From contig CAXXSL010000008.1 in the NCBI GenBank assembly GCA_963675525.2, positions 160,001 through 224,000 of the forward strand: DNA of 64,000 bases. Direction: 5' to 3'. The notes under the pieces were generated by a model. The model was not told where the DNA came from. It worked only from the letters and a program-made list of their open reading frames with translations, and did not search any database. Shown here piece after piece: positions 1-11,711 of this stretch. Origin of the DNA: Anaerohalosphaeraceae bacterium (lineage in GTDB: Bacteria > Planctomycetota > Phycisphaerae > Sedimentisphaerales > Anaerohalosphaeraceae). Position 1 is the first letter of the stretch. Every line of letters begins with the position of its first letter. Made by a program: the position numbers and the translations under genes.

Positions 1-98
1 TCCTCCGTGCCAATCTCCGATCTTTTTCCTTGGACACTTATGTCCTTATATATCAGTGCAGGTTTCGGCACCAAGAGGAAGAGGGTTTTATTTTTTGT

Positions 99-746
99 TT
101 ATGTGTATTTTCTCCTGAAGAAAACCGCCGACCCCAATCCCAAAAGAAGGATGGTTGCCGGTTCCGGAACTTCATCGCCATCTTCGCCAGGAATAAAGGT
201 TTCACCGTTATTTTCATCATCGCCCGGAGCATACGGGTTCGTCTCTTCCTTTTCATCGATGGGCTTAGTGGTGCCGTTATAGATGAAATTGCCCGGGTCG
301 TAATAACTTCCCGGAGTGATTGCAGCCGGAGATCGAATCGGACTGCCGATGATACGGCCCCCGCCCCCGCCGGTCCCATTAGCGCCTTGGATGATCTTGA
401 CGCCCGGAAGCTCTTCCTCATACGCCTGGCGTGTAAAAACGGCAACCACCATTTTCGGAGAATCGATCTGAATCGTCGTGTCCGGAGTCCCTGTAGCAGA
501 TACATCACCCAGCCAGTACAGAAAACGATAGCCCGGTTTAGGAATGGCTGACAACGAAACCGTTTGCCCGATTTCCATCTCATGAACACCCGAACCCGGT
601 GTCACAGAACCGGCGTCCGGAGGACTTTGCTGAATCAGCAGGGCATAGCTGTCGGCCTGCTGAGCCTGCGCGGATACGGCCGAGATCAGAACGGAGAGAC
701 TAAAAACCAAACTCAAGATCAGCTTGTTGTTCATTCGCTTTTTCAT
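99..746 (-). CDS. PEP-CTERM sorting-domain protein with InlB B-repeat-like domain
   Basis: Signal peptide; SPPDAGSVTP...AIPKPGYRFLYWLGD repeat-type domain; C-terminal VPEPATILLLGLGSAVFFRRK. Start moved to ATG 746 after a GGGGGAAGG RBS. Confidence 0.88.
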   Translation of the reverse strand: MKKRMNNKLILSLVFSLSVLISAVSAQAQQADSYALLIQQSPPDAGSVTPGSGVHEMEIGQTVSLSAIPKPGYRFLYWLGDVSATGTPDTTIQIDSPKMVVAVFTRQAYEEELPGVKIIQGANGTGGGGGRIIGSPIRSPAAITPGSYYDPGNFIYNGTTKPIDEKEETNPYAPGDDENNGETFIPGEDGDEVPEPATILLLGLGSAVFFRRKYT

Positions 747-797
747 CTTTCCTTCCCCCAGAAAGGTCAAATGTCATTTACATTGTTTCGCTGTGCA

Positions 798-1436
798 TTA
801 CGCCCGCTTACGTCGATGTTTCAAAGATAGAACCGCCCCGCCGGCAAGCAGAATCAGCGTCGCCGGTTCCGGAGTTTGGTCGCCGCCATTCTCGCCACCG
901 GGTACGTATCCATCATTACCCGGGGAATTTACTTCATAGGTACCAATTATCGGAGCATAATCGCTGAAGATAACGAGAAAGAAGGAAGTTTCATACGAAA
1001 CCAATGCACCGCCCTCAAACACCCAGGTCGCCTTGTCATCTGACAAAAGCTCTGCTTGGGAATCGACACCATACGAATCGGCCCCGCCCAGAGTCTCCAT
1101 GGCATCCATATCATCCTCGGTGAAGGCATCAGGATTAAAGCCGAACAAGTCGAATGAAGTGATCACAACATCAGATGTGTTGAAAACCTGATAGGCATAA
1201 ACATAACGCTGTTCATTATAACTTGCAAAGCTATCAAGCTCGGGCAGGTTCTGGATATCCGTGTCATACACCGCAAATTCAAGAAACCCGGATGCACCAT
1301 TTTGATTAAATGTTGAATACCCGCTGTAATCTTCGAAATCCGTTTCCGGCAACAACGTCAATGCCGCTTGCGATGTCGGAATCAAGACCGCTAACACCAC
1401 CATACAGAACAATATGTGTTTCTTTATCATCACCAT
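798..1436 (-). CDS. PEP-CTERM sorting-domain protein
   Basis: Signal peptide; C-terminal TPEPATLILLAGGAVLSLKHRRKRA. Confidence 0.9.
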   Translation of the reverse strand: MVMIKKHILFCMVVLAVLIPTSQAALTLLPETDFEDYSGYSTFNQNGASGFLEFAVYDTDIQNLPELDSFASYNEQRYVYAYQVFNTSDVVITSFDLFGFNPDAFTEDDMDAMETLGGADSYGVDSQAELLSDDKATWVFEGGALVSYETSFFLVIFSDYAPIIGTYEVNSPGNDGYVPGGENGGDQTPEPATLILLAGGAVLSLKHRRKRA

Positions 1437-1452
1437 AAATCACCTTCCCTGA

Positions 1453-2019
1453 CTAATTGTTATGTTTTCTTCTGATCACAAAACCCGCACCCAAAGCCAG
1501 CAACGCCATCGTCGCCGGTTCCGGAATCGGACTGTAGAGATTGCCTTCAAACGCGCGGTACACACCTCCTGAAATTCCGGAAGCCATACCATCGACGATC
1601 GTATAGGGTTGGGGACTGTCAAACCAAAGAACTGCGGAATCCTGACCTGGCAATATCGGGGATGAAAAAAAGGCATCAACACTGAAATTGGAGCCAATGA
1701 TACTCCACATGGCAGGATCGCCGGCCTCGCTTGGAACAGGTTTGAGAGCAGATACAATCGCATCGCTCAGCAATTCAACAGAAAACCACTGGATATTGTA
1801 ATCCGGTTCGAGTATTTCATAGTTATATCGATAGTAACCAGTGGTAGGCGAATCTTCAACCCAACTGTGGACAATGAACGTTTCACTCCCTCCCACCTGG
1901 GTAAACTCAAAACCGTCGAAATCCTCTGAATCGACGACAATCCCCGCAGAGAGACTCGGTGGTACCATCAGGGCCCCCAGCAGCATCAACCCCATCCATA
2001 ACATTAACTTCTTCATCAT
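1453..2019 (-). CDS. PEP-CTERM sorting-domain protein
   Basis: Signal peptide; C-terminal IPEPATMALLALGAGFVIRRK; AAGGAG RBS. Confidence 0.9.
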   Translation of the reverse strand: MMKKLMLWMGLMLLGALMVPPSLSAGIVVDSEDFDGFEFTQVGGSETFIVHSWVEDSPTTGYYRYNYEILEPDYNIQWFSVELLSDAIVSALKPVPSEAGDPAMWSIIGSNFSVDAFFSSPILPGQDSAVLWFDSPQPYTIVDGMASGISGGVYRAFEGNLYSPIPEPATMALLALGAGFVIRRKHNN

Positions 2020-2265
2020 GCTCTCCTTTATCGAACCAATAGATTAGTACGTACTTTTCACCTATCCTTGAAAAGTAAAAGGAGTTCAGCCTTGTGAAAT
2101 GCAACTCACTTCGGTGCCGAACGGCTTTTACAATTTTTCAGAAAGAAATATTCTTACTTAAAAGAGCTCCCCGAAAGCAATTCGCTCTCAGGCACCTCTC
2201 CTCCACGGCACATCACGCAATCGCGCAACATCGCCGCTCTTCATCCTTTCCTCAAAATCCATGTA

Positions 2266-2435
2266 AAAGTCTTTCCAACACCTCCTCAGTGTCCGAAATG
2301 AAGTTTTTTGATGCCTTGGATGGCGTCGATCAAAAAAACTTCCTGTTAATCAAAGATTCTTTTCATTCCCTCAACTGTTTGTCAATCAAGTACAACGATC
2401 GAACCTCGCTCCTCACAGAAAGTCTTTCCAACACC
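2266..2435. repeat. 17-bp direct repeat AAAGTCTTTCCAACACC (2266-2282, 2419-2435)
   Basis: Exact match read from the sequence, upstream of the PEP-CTERM genes. Confidence 0.8.
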
Positions 2436-2664
2436 CACCCAAAGTAACCACAAAACAGGCCTCAAATAGTCCTGTGCTTTCCTCGAAAATACAACTCGAT
2501 GCTACTATGTCTTTTCTTCCCTACTCCCCCGAGTATTTGATGTTGACCTTATTAAAGCAAAATCATCCTGAAAAGTCAAGAGAAAAAATAATTAATTTTC
2601 CTCCTCCCCTGATGCGGCCATCTTGCCTGAGGGGTCGAAATTCGTCTATATCCGGAATTAACAA

Positions 2665-3888
2665 TCACTTAGGCGATTTACGGCCACCGGAAACAGTCTT
2701 TCCCTGCACATAACGTCCGATATTGCGGATCGCCTGTCGCAAGCGATGCTCATTCTCGACTAATGCAATACGCATATAATTTTCGCCATTTTCACCGAAG
2801 GCCCTACCCGGCGAAATAACCACATTGGCATTCTCCAAAAGATCCATCGCAAAATCAATGCTTCCCTTGCCTTGTGAGTGTTGCTCAGGCACACGTGCCC
2901 AGACAAACATCGATGCCCGCGGAACCTCGACCTCCCAGCCGATCCGTTTCAACCCGTCACACACCACATCCCGGCGTGCTTCATACTTAGCATTTTGTTC
3001 CTTGATCGCATCATCGCAGTGACGCATTGCAATAATGCTGGCAATTTGAATCGGCTGAAAAATCCCGTAATCATAATAGCCCTTGACCGTCGCCAATGCC
3101 TCAAGCATTTCTTTGTTCCCGGCGGCAAACCCGATACGAAAACCCGCCATGCCGTACGGTTTGCTCATCGTGGTAAATTCCACCCCTACATCTTTAGCAC
3201 CTCTAGCCGACAAAAAGCTCGGCGCATGATAATCGCCGAAATTCGTCTCGCCATATGCAAAATCATGGATTACCGCGATGTTAAACCGTTTCGCCAGATT
3301 CACGACCGTCTCGAAAAACCCCGGGTCAACCGTCATCGCCGTCGGATTGTGCGGATAGTTCAAAATCAGCAGTTTCGGCTTGGGAAAAAGGTGCTCGCAC
3401 ACATACCCGATGGTATCCAGAAACGTCTGGTCGTTGCCGAGCGGAACGGTAATCACATTGCCGCCCGCCAGCGCGACACCGTAAATATGAATCGGGAACG
3501 CCGGGTCCGGCACAATCGCCATGTCGCCCGGCCCAAGCATCGCAAGGCACATGTGGCTGAAACCTTCCTTGGAACCAATGCAGGCCAGCACTTCGTTGTC
3601 CGGGTCCAGCGTAACGCCCCATTTACGCTCATATTTCAACGCCATTTCCCGGCGGAGATTATAAATGCCTTTAGACACACTGTAGCGGTGATTGCGGGGG
3701 TCACGAACCGCCTCGCACATCTTCTCGATCACCAGATCCGGAGCCCCGTCCATCGGATTGCCCATCCCCAAGTCGATAATATCGATGTCCTGACGGCGCT
3801 TCTCCAGTTTTAACGCATTCAGCCGCCCAAACAAATACGGCGGCAGGCGTTTCATGCGAGACGCTGTTTCAATTGTAAACTCTTCCAT
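2665..3888 (-). CDS. PLP-dependent aminotransferase class I/II (AlaC / LL-DAP aminotransferase-like)
   Basis: [40 protein letters not shown] motifs. Confidence 0.9.
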   Translation of the reverse strand: MEEFTIETASRMKRLPPYLFGRLNALKLEKRRQDIDIIDLGMGNPMDGAPDLVIEKMCEAVRDPRNHRYSVSKGIYNLRREMALKYERKWGVTLDPDNEVLACIGSKEGFSHMCLAMLGPGDMAIVPDPAFPIHIYGVALAGGNVITVPLGNDQTFLDTIGYVCEHLFPKPKLLILNYPHNPTAMTVDPGFFETVVNLAKRFNIAVIHDFAYGETNFGDYHAPSFLSARGAKDVGVEFTTMSKPYGMAGFRIGFAAGNKEMLEALATVKGYYDYGIFQPIQIASIIAMRHCDDAIKEQNAKYEARRDVVCDGLKRIGWEVEVPRASMFVWARVPEQHSQGKGSIDFAMDLLENANVVISPGRAFGENGENYMRIALVENEHRLRQAIRNIGRYVQGKTVSGGRKSPK

Positions 3889-4057
3889 AGTATGGTTATT
3901 CCTTATGTGAATATTTTGGTCGTATTATCTCAAATTAGCGAAAAAAAGCAAAAATAAAAATCCATCAGATCCGCTGCAGATGAAATATATACCCTAATTT
4001 ATCATCTTTTTGTTTCGGTCAGGTGGTGGGGTTTTAGCCAAAAATTCACGGGTAATG

Positions 4058-5029
4058 TTAAAAAAGATATGAAACGCTGACGGTTCCCAAACTATCTTTT
4101 CCGCTTTGCTCTTTGAATTCCTGCGTAAAAAATGTTTGAGAATAGCCGATTTCGAAGCTCTTATATGTATAAACTGCACCAATCTGTAATTCGCCAACCA
4201 ACGGTTCGGGACTTAAACCCGTTAAAAACCGGTTGTATTCAACCGCTCTGGCTCCAAAACGAGCAAAGAAATACCCGGATTTATCCGTTTTCTTTCGGAA
4301 TATCGAAATTCCCGATGGCAGATTCATTCGACCCGGACCGAATGTATTGCCCAGATTGAAACCGTAACGAAAGGTCAGCCCCGCCTGAACGTGCCGATGA
4401 ACGGAACCTGCCGTAAAACCGTACTCTGCTATGACATCCGTCTTGTCTGTTGGTTTTAGGGGGCCGTCGGTAATCCGGTACTGCCGGACATAGGTAAAAT
4501 CGGCCGCGGGTTCATCACTAATCTGATTTTCCCAACCCTCGGGTTTGTCTGAACGAAGCCATTCATGAATTTCATCCTGAACCTCTTCAGCTTTTGATGA
4601 TGGTCCAATGACGCCCACGTTCAGTTCGATATGCTCCAGAACATCATTTGTCGCCCGCTGAACAAACATGCCGCCATACAGCCAGCCGGCAAAATACATA
4701 TCCTCCGACTTGCGTTGAGAGGGATGACCCGGATTGTCGGGGGTGTAAATATTCTGACCGATGAAGAAACCAACCGCCGTATCTACTGCTTGTTCGGTTC
4801 CGGCGGCATCCCAATTCGAAAAATCCTCGAGCCACTGCCAGTGAGGCTGAGCCAGGTAAACCAGCTTACCCCCATGCGTATAATGCCGATCCGTTTTGCC
4901 ATTAGGTTTTATTAACCGACTGTCATTTTCACCATATACGGATAACACATTATCGGCTACAACATGACCGGTTGAATATGTAAACAACAGGCATATAAAT
5001 AATATTGTGATAATACCTAGCTTTTTCAT
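4058..5029 (-). CDS. Lipid A deacylase LpxR-family outer-membrane protein
   Basis: Signal peptide; END...DRHYTHG, GQNIYTP, YFAGWLY, GVIGPSS, GWENQI; terminal Phe. Confidence 0.8.
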   Translation of the reverse strand: MKKLGIITILFICLLFTYSTGHVVADNVLSVYGENDSRLIKPNGKTDRHYTHGGKLVYLAQPHWQWLEDFSNWDAAGTEQAVDTAVGFFIGQNIYTPDNPGHPSQRKSEDMYFAGWLYGGMFVQRATNDVLEHIELNVGVIGPSSKAEEVQDEIHEWLRSDKPEGWENQISDEPAADFTYVRQYRITDGPLKPTDKTDVIAEYGFTAGSVHRHVQAGLTFRYGFNLGNTFGPGRMNLPSGISIFRKKTDKSGYFFARFGARAVEYNRFLTGLSPEPLVGELQIGAVYTYKSFEIGYSQTFFTQEFKEQSGKDSLGTVSVSYLF

Positions 5030-5058
5030 AGCTCAGAAATCCTTGATTTGGAATTCTC

Positions 5059-6600
5059 CTACTCCCATTCGATGGTGGCAGGCGGCTTGCTGGATACATC
5101 ATAAACCACACGGTTGACACCGCGTACTTCGTTGATGATCCGACTGGCAATACGCCCTAATACCTCATGCGGCACATGAGAGAAATCGGCCGTCATAAAA
5201 TCGGTCGTCTCGACGCACCGCAAAGCGATCACATGCTCATAGCTGCGTTCATCGCCCATCACACCGACCGTTCCGACCGGCAGCAGCACCGCCAACGCCT
5301 GGCTGATTTGCCGATACAGCCCCGCCGCTTTGATTTCCTCGATTAAAATATCATCCGCTTCCCGCAGAACCGCCAGTTTTGCCTCGGTAATATCGCTTAG
5401 CACCCGCACCGCCAGCCCCGGCCCCGGAAACGGATGCCGCCAGACCATATCCTCCGGCAGACCCAGATATTCACCCACAAGCCGCACCTCATCTTTAAAA
5501 AGATCACGCAAGGGCTCGACCAACTCAAAACCAAGTTGTTCGGGCAGTCCGCCGACATTATGATGTAGTTTGATATTGGCTGCCAGGTTGCCATCTTTGT
5601 TGCCGGACTCAATGACATCCGGATACAGCGTACCTTGTGCGAGGAATTTGGCGTTTTCGATTTTGTCGGCTTCGGACTTAAACGCTTCGATAAATTCGGC
5701 GCCGATGATCTTGCGTTTTTGCTGCGGATCGGTCACGCCCGCTAATTTTTCAAGGAATTTATCGGCCCAATCCACTGTATGCAGGTCAATTTTGAAATGT
5801 CCGCCGAACATCGACTCGACACCTTCTCGCTCGTTTTTGCGAAGCAGTCCGTTATCGACAAAGATACAGACCAACTGGTCGCCAATGGCCTTATGCAGCA
5901 GAGCCGCGGTAACCGCCGAATCAACGCCGCCGGAAAGACCGCAGATGACGGTATCGCTGCCGACTTGCTCGCGGACCTTGGCGACGGTCTCCTCGACAAA
6001 ATCGCTCATCTGCCAGTCGCCGGCACAGTCGCAAACGTCATACAGGAAATTCTTAAGAATATCCGCCCCGCGTGGCGTATGTGTTACTTCCGGGTGAAAC
6101 TGCACACCATAGAATTTTCCGCCTTTATGCCGCACTGCCGCAAACGGACAGGTCGGCGTCGCGGCCAGCGACGCAAAATCACCGGTCAGTTGATTGACCT
6201 GGTCGCCATGGCTCATCCAAACCGTCGTATGGTCGGGCAGCGTTTTGAACAAATCGCTGTTGTCCGTAATCTCAAGCGCGGTTCGGCCGTACTCGCGGCT
6301 GTGGGCCGGTTTGACTTCGGCACCCAAAATCTTACAGCCGATCTGCATGCCGTAACAGATCCCCAGCACCGGCACACCCAATTCGAATATCCGCGGGTCG
6401 CACATGGGGGCGTTTTCGGCATAGACACTGGCCGGACCCCCCGACAGGATAATCCCCTTAACGCCTAGTTGGGCAAGTTTTTCAATCTTGACCGTGGGTT
6501 GATAGATTTGTGAGTATACTTTATGCTCACGTACCCGGCGGGCGATGAGTTGGCCGTACTGGCTTCCAAAATCAATGATCGCTATAACTTCTCGTGCCAT
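5059..6600 (-). CDS. guaA: GMP synthase (glutamine-hydrolysing)
   Basis: [36 protein letters not shown]. Confidence 0.98.
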   Translation of the reverse strand: MAREVIAIIDFGSQYGQLIARRVREHKVYSQIYQPTVKIEKLAQLGVKGIILSGGPASVYAENAPMCDPRIFELGVPVLGICYGMQIGCKILGAEVKPAHSREYGRTALEITDNSDLFKTLPDHTTVWMSHGDQVNQLTGDFASLAATPTCPFAAVRHKGGKFYGVQFHPEVTHTPRGADILKNFLYDVCDCAGDWQMSDFVEETVAKVREQVGSDTVICGLSGGVDSAVTAALLHKAIGDQLVCIFVDNGLLRKNEREGVESMFGGHFKIDLHTVDWADKFLEKLAGVTDPQQKRKIIGAEFIEAFKSEADKIENAKFLAQGTLYPDVIESGNKDGNLAANIKLHHNVGGLPEQLGFELVEPLRDLFKDEVRLVGEYLGLPEDMVWRHPFPGPGLAVRVLSDITEAKLAVLREADDILIEEIKAAGLYRQISQALAVLLPVGTVGVMGDERSYEHVIALRCVETTDFMTADFSHVPHEVLGRIASRIINEVRGVNRVVYDVSSKPPATIEWE

Positions 6601-6618
6601 GTGACTTCAATCTTCTTC

Positions 6619-8091
6619 TTATTTTTCAAATGATTCATAACCGGAGTAATTCGGCGATTCTTTGGTAATCAGAATATCGTGCGGATGCGATTCGTTAACC
6701 GTCGCGGCACTGGTGCGAACGAATTTGGCGTTATGCCGCAAGGCATCAATCGTCTGTGTTCCACAATATCCCATTCCGGCCCGAATACCTCCGACCAGTT
6801 GATATACATAATTACTGAGTGTCCCGCGATATGGCACACGTCCTTCGACACCCTCTGGCACCAGTTTGTCCCGCTCTGTGGATTTATCCTGACCGTAACG
6901 ATCAGCCGAACCCTGTACCATCGCCCCTATCGAACCCATGCCGCGGTATTCCTTGAACTGTCGGCCCTTATAAATAACCAACTGCCCCGGGCTTTCGGCT
7001 AATCCTGCAAACAGTGAGCCAAGCATCACGCTGGATGCCCCTGCGGCAATGGCTTTAGTAATATCGCCGGAATGTCGGACACCGCCGTCAGCGATGACCG
7101 GAACACCCGCATCTTCGGCAACCGAAACCGCATTCATGATCGCTGTGATTTGCGGCATACCCACGCCGGAAATGACCCGTGTGGTACAAATGGCACCGGG
7201 GCCGATACCAACCTTGACCGCGTCGACACCTGCATCGACCAAATCTTTCGCCGCCTCAGCAGTTGCGATATTGCCGGCGATAACATCAATTTTGTAATTG
7301 GATTTAATCCACTTGACCATTTCGATGACGTTTTTAGAATGGCCGTGAGCTGTATCGACGACAACCACATCCGCTTCGGCTTCAATTAACGCCTTAACAC
7401 GGTCCCTGTCTTTGACGCCCACCGCAGCCCCGACTCGCAGCCGTCCGCGTATGTCACGAACCGCATATGGAAACTGCTGGACCCGGTCGATATCCCGCAT
7501 GGTAATCAGGCCGGCTAATTGGCCGTCCTTTTTGACCAGCAGCAATTTTTCAACCTTATGTTTTTTGAGGATTTCCTGAGCCTGCTCCAGCGTGGTCCCC
7601 GCCGGGCCGGTCACCAGATTTTTCTGGGTCATCACATCCTTTATCTGTACCGAATCATCCGTCAGGAACTTTAAATCACGACGGGTTAGAATCCCGGCCA
7701 GTTTCCCGTTTTCAACAATCGGAATACCCGATACATTCTGCTCCTGCATCAGGTCCCGGGCAAACATCACTGACATCTCCGGGTTCAGCGTAACCGGATC
7801 AAGGATCACACCATTTTCCGACCGTTTGACCTTGGTTACTTCGCGCCTCTGGGCCTCGACCGACAGATTTTTATGAATAATGCCGATGCCGCCTTCCTGG
7901 GCCAGGGCAATCGCCAGCGCCGACTCAGTAACTGTATCCATCGCCGCCGAAATAATCGGGATATTGATATTGATATTGCGGGTCAGACGGGTCGCCGTAT
8001 TGGCCTCACTCGGCACAAAATCACTTCGGGCCGGAATCAGCAGAACATCGTCAAATGTAATACCTTCTGATACTATTTTGTCTAACTTCAT
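6619..8091 (-). CDS. guaB: IMP dehydrogenase
   Basis: [12 protein letters not shown] pair, [24 protein letters not shown]. Confidence 0.98.
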   Translation of the reverse strand: MKLDKIVSEGITFDDVLLIPARSDFVPSEANTATRLTRNININIPIISAAMDTVTESALAIALAQEGGIGIIHKNLSVEAQRREVTKVKRSENGVILDPVTLNPEMSVMFARDLMQEQNVSGIPIVENGKLAGILTRRDLKFLTDDSVQIKDVMTQKNLVTGPAGTTLEQAQEILKKHKVEKLLLVKKDGQLAGLITMRDIDRVQQFPYAVRDIRGRLRVGAAVGVKDRDRVKALIEAEADVVVVDTAHGHSKNVIEMVKWIKSNYKIDVIAGNIATAEAAKDLVDAGVDAVKVGIGPGAICTTRVISGVGMPQITAIMNAVSVAEDAGVPVIADGGVRHSGDITKAIAAGASSVMLGSLFAGLAESPGQLVIYKGRQFKEYRGMGSIGAMVQGSADRYGQDKSTERDKLVPEGVEGRVPYRGTLSNYVYQLVGGIRAGMGYCGTQTIDALRHNAKFVRTSAATVNESHPHDILITKESPNYSGYESFEK

Positions 8092-8135
8092 GGCTTCCTC
8101 CCATTTAAGGGTCTATGGGTTCCTATAAACGGAGC

Positions 8136-8164
8136 AGTCTACTCAAGATAGACGCATTCGTCAA
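8136..8164 (-). promoter_or_regulatory. Putative sigma-70 promoter of guaBA
   Basis: TTGACG-N17-TAGACT on the minus strand. Confidence 0.55.
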
Positions 8165-8427
8165 AGAAAATCCGACCGATGCAAACAAATGAAAGGCAGA
8201 TCTGTCAAAATACTCGTAAGTCTTTAATTTCCCTCATATTTCGACGACATTGTTTCATAGAAACAGCTTTCAGTCATCCAAAAACAAACATTTAGTGACT
8301 TGATAATATCACAGGTAACGCTATACTAAGCGTCGGTTTCGGGCACAAAGACAGAAGGAAAACCCAAACACCCGGCGCATAATCCCTTGTGGGCCAACGA
8401 GCCGGGGTGCAGTCTTGAGGTAGAAAA

Positions 8428-10578
8428 ATGAAGAAAATCCAACAGGCACTCCTAAAATACTGGGGATATAATGACTTCCTGCCCTTACAGAAGGAGGCCA
8501 TGGCCGGTCTGAACCGCGGTGAGGACTGTATTCTGGTGCTGCCGACCGGCGGGGGTAAATCGCTCTGCTATCAGGCTCCGGCAATGGCGACGGACGGTTT
8601 GGCGGTCGTCGTCTCACCGCTGATCTCACTGATGAAGGACCAGGTTGACGCACTCATCGAGTGCGGCGTGTCTGCCATGCGGTTGGACAGTTCGATGTCG
8701 GCCGAAGAGCAAAGGGATACCCTCGACACGATTCGCCAAAACGACGTCAAACTTTTGTACCTGTCGCCGGAGCGGTTATTGACCGACGGCTTTATCAATC
8801 TTCTGCGAAAAATAAAACTGGCCTATTTTGCCATTGATGAAGCCCACTGCGTCAGCATGTGGGGACATGACTTCCGCCCGGAATACCGCCAACTGGGCCG
8901 ACTGCGTGAAATCTTCCCAGATGTGACCATTGCCGCCTATACTGCCACCGCGACAGAACAGGTGCGTAACGATATTGCCCGGCAGTTATCTCTCAAAGAC
9001 CCGCACATACTGGTCGGCTCGTTTGACCGACCGAACCTCACCTACAAAGTCCAACCCCGTAAAAATATTGCCGCCCAGGTCTGTTCGGTCCTGAATCGAC
9101 ACAAAGGGGAATCCGGCATCATCTATTGCATCCGGCGAAAGGATGTCAATGACCTGTGCAATCAACTTCAGGATCGTGGCTATAACATCGCCCCTTATCA
9201 TGCGGGGATGGATGCGCAAAAAAGAAAACGCAACCAGGACCGCTTCATCAATGAGAAAATCGATACCATCGTGGCAACAATCGCTTTCGGGATGGGCATC
9301 GATAAGTCGAATGTGCGCTATGTGATCCACACGGGCATGCCAAAGTCGCTGGAACATTACCAGCAGGAAAGCGGGCGGGCCGGGCGGGATCAACTGGAGG
9401 CGGAGTGCTGCATGTTCTATTCCGGCGGCGACTACGGCATCTGGAAATTCCTGATGCGCGATATGCCGCCTGAGGCGATGGAAGTCGCGATGGAGAAATT
9501 GAACGGCATGTACCAGTTTTGTACCAGTGCGACATGCCGACATGAAACGATTCTCCGCTATTTCGGGCAAACCCTGAAAAAGGACAATTGCGCCGCCTGC
9601 GATATCTGTCTGGGGGAAGTTGAAAGCATTGACGACGCGCTGGTCATTGCCCAAAAAATTCTGTCCTGCATCGTTCGCCTCGAACAGCAATTTGGCTCAG
9701 GCTATACCGCACTGGTGCTGACCGGATCAAAGGATAAACGCATTCTTGAAAACAATCATGACGCACTGAGCACCTACGCTCTGCTGAAGGACTTCTCCAA
9801 ATCCGTCGTTCATAGCTGGATTGAACAACTGGCCGGACAGGGATACCTTGAAAAATACGGCGAATATAATCAACTAGCCATCACGGAAAAAGGCCGAGCC
9901 GCACTGAAAGGAGAAAAAACGCCCCGTCTGCTGAAACCCGCTGAAAAGAAGACAACCCGCATTTCCAGGCCGACCTCCCAATCATGGGAAGGTGTCGACG
10001 CGGACCTGTTTGAAGAGTTGCGAACATTTAGAAGAACGGAGGCCGCGGAAAAGGGAATCCCGCCGTTTGTCGTCTTCGGCGATGTAACACTCCGGGAACT
10101 GGCAAGAGTCAGACCTTCGACGCCGAAGGGATTGATGGCCGTCAAAGGCATCGGCGTCAAAAAACGGCAACAGTACGGCCGGGCCGTTCTAACGATTATT
10201 CAAAAATACTGCGAAAAACACGCCAAGGACATGGATATCGGCATCGAAACAGAAACCCCTCAATCAAAGCCCGCCGTCAATCGGCCCAATGCCAAAGAGC
10301 AGGCCTTCGAACTCTTCGCCAAACAGCGTCCCATCCGCGAAATTGCCGCAACGATCAATCGCGCCGAATCTACCACGAATCAATACTTGGTCGATTTTAT
10401 TCATCACAAAAACATTGCCGACCCATCACCATGGGTAAATCGCAAAACGGCTGAGAAAATTGAACAAGCGATCCGAAAGCTTTCCAGCAAACAAAAGACG
10501 CTTATCTTCAAGCATCTAAACGGACAGGCCACCTATCACGAAATAAGCATCACCTTGGCCTGCCTGAAAAATCTTTAA
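8428..10578 (+). CDS. recQ: ATP-dependent DNA helicase RecQ
   Basis: PTGGGKS, DEAHCVSMWGHDFRP, QESGRAGRD, Zn/RQC, HRDC and C-terminal HTH regions. Confidence 0.96.
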   Translation: MKKIQQALLKYWGYNDFLPLQKEAMAGLNRGEDCILVLPTGGGKSLCYQAPAMATDGLAVVVSPLISLMKDQVDALIECGVSAMRLDSSMSAEEQRDTLDTIRQNDVKLLYLSPERLLTDGFINLLRKIKLAYFAIDEAHCVSMWGHDFRPEYRQLGRLREIFPDVTIAAYTATATEQVRNDIARQLSLKDPHILVGSFDRPNLTYKVQPRKNIAAQVCSVLNRHKGESGIIYCIRRKDVNDLCNQLQDRGYNIAPYHAGMDAQKRKRNQDRFINEKIDTIVATIAFGMGIDKSNVRYVIHTGMPKSLEHYQQESGRAGRDQLEAECCMFYSGGDYGIWKFLMRDMPPEAMEVAMEKLNGMYQFCTSATCRHETILRYFGQTLKKDNCAACDICLGEVESIDDALVIAQKILSCIVRLEQQFGSGYTALVLTGSKDKRILENNHDALSTYALLKDFSKSVVHSWIEQLAGQGYLEKYGEYNQLAITEKGRAALKGEKTPRLLKPAEKKTTRISRPTSQSWEGVDADLFEELRTFRRTEAAEKGIPPFVVFGDVTLRELARVRPSTPKGLMAVKGIGVKKRQQYGRAVLTIIQKYCEKHAKDMDIGIETETPQSKPAVNRPNAKEQAFELFAKQRPIREIAATINRAESTTNQYLVDFIHHKNIADPSPWVNRKTAEKIEQAIRKLSSKQKTLIFKHLNGQATYHEISITLACLKNL

Positions 10579-10581
10579 CGG

Positions 10582-11397
10582 TTACGGTGTATTGTAACAA
10601 TCACACAGCCATTTCTCGGCCAGCCATTGCAGGTCAGCAAGGTCACAACTGCCGCTACCGTCAATATCTCCGACAAGACCGCTTTCAGTCAGGCCGTAAT
10701 CAAACGCCATCGCCGCAAAGTCCGCCAAGTCAATAAACGAATCATCGCCGGCGATATCCGCCTTGTCGCAATCAACATTGGTAATCAATGAGGCGGTAAA
10801 TGTAAAAGCGTAATCGCCGGGCTGACCGGTGATGGAATTAGACGAGCGGAAAAGCTGCACCAGGTTTTCCCAATTGCCGTAATTCCAATCAACAGTGTAT
10901 TGAATCGTAAACCGGTTGCCATGGACATTTTCAAATTCATCAACCGGTCGAATATCATCCGAATAGGTATCCAGGTATAAAAATTGAATCCAAGGACCTC
11001 CGTCAACAGAATAACGTCCTGTAACAGTGCCGGCATCCATATGGACATAGGCCCGAGAGGCAATACTGACATCATCCAGCAGCGCACCCTGTTCGGCCAC
11101 AAAATCATATTGAAATACAGCCAGATCACCAAGTTTATTTGTCTCGGTATAGTAGCTGGCGTACGCCCCGGTGGTATCCTCCTCAACAAACTCCGCATCG
11201 CCGGAAACACCCAAATGCGGATCATCCCCATACTGGCGAAAATTGTGTTGGTAGGTAAACGCCGGGCCGTAACAAACAATGTCCTGGCTGGCACGCGATT
11301 CAAGATCAAGCGTGACCGTGACCGCAACCGCAATACTGCCAAAGCCAAACACGAACACACACAGAAACATCTTCCAGTAAGTCATGTTTTTCATCAT
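10582..11397 (-). CDS. Secreted protein with C-terminal dockerin-like module
   Basis: Signal peptide; ADIAGDDSFIDLADF...GDIDGSGSCDLADLQWLAEKWL. Start moved to ATG 11397 after GGAGG. Confidence 0.75.
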   Translation of the reverse strand: MMKNMTYWKMFLCVFVFGFGSIAVAVTVTLDLESRASQDIVCYGPAFTYQHNFRQYGDDPHLGVSGDAEFVEEDTTGAYASYYTETNKLGDLAVFQYDFVAEQGALLDDVSIASRAYVHMDAGTVTGRYSVDGGPWIQFLYLDTYSDDIRPVDEFENVHGNRFTIQYTVDWNYGNWENLVQLFRSSNSITGQPGDYAFTFTASLITNVDCDKADIAGDDSFIDLADFAAMAFDYGLTESGLVGDIDGSGSCDLADLQWLAEKWLCDCYNTP

Positions 11398-11434
11398 ACC
11401 CTCCACATTTTCATAAACATCCACTTAATAGGGT

Positions 11435-11463
11435 ATTATACTGAAAAAGTCTTGTTTTGTCAC
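11435..11463 (-). promoter_or_regulatory. Putative sigma-70 promoter
   Basis: GTGACA-N17-TATAAT. Confidence 0.55.
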
Positions 11464-11608
11464 GTTTTTTGTTGAAAAAACACGTTAAATATTGGATGCC
11501 AGACCGTAAATCCCTCCTCCGATAGTACCTCTCCGGCCTGCCTGTAGCATTCATCAACACATCCAGCCAGTTTTTTCTTTATCCTATCTTTAATTCAGGT
11601 CTTCTGCC

Positions 11609-11637
11609 TTGACAATATAGGGATATCTAACTATACT
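11609..11637 (+). promoter_or_regulatory. Putative sigma-70 promoter of the pectate lyase cluster
   Basis: TTGACA-N17-TATACT. Confidence 0.7.
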
Positions 11638-11711
11638 AGTATTCACAATTGTGGGGGCAGTGCATGCTCGCCGGCTTTGTTAAGCTATTTTTGGGTTTTA
11701 GGGGTAAGGGT

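Noticed and set aside
2100..2120. Sigma-54-like CGGCAC...TTGC upstream of the PEP-CTERM genes
   Set aside because: The GG-to-GC spacing is too long for a -24/-12 promoter.
2160..2196. CCGAAAGCAA...CTCTCAGG resembling a glycine riboswitch
   Set aside because: It lacks the 5' GGAGA/P2 part, lies antisense to the neighbouring genes and has no plus-strand gene downstream.
2878..3813. Long antisense ORFs (also 5779-6468, 23584-24363, 36902-37624, 41322-42053, 52730-53392)
   Set aside because: They are shadows of well-supported genes on the opposite strand and show no motifs.
8348..8416. Hairpin upstream of recQ
   Set aside because: It matches no riboswitch consensus I recognise and could be chance GC pairing.
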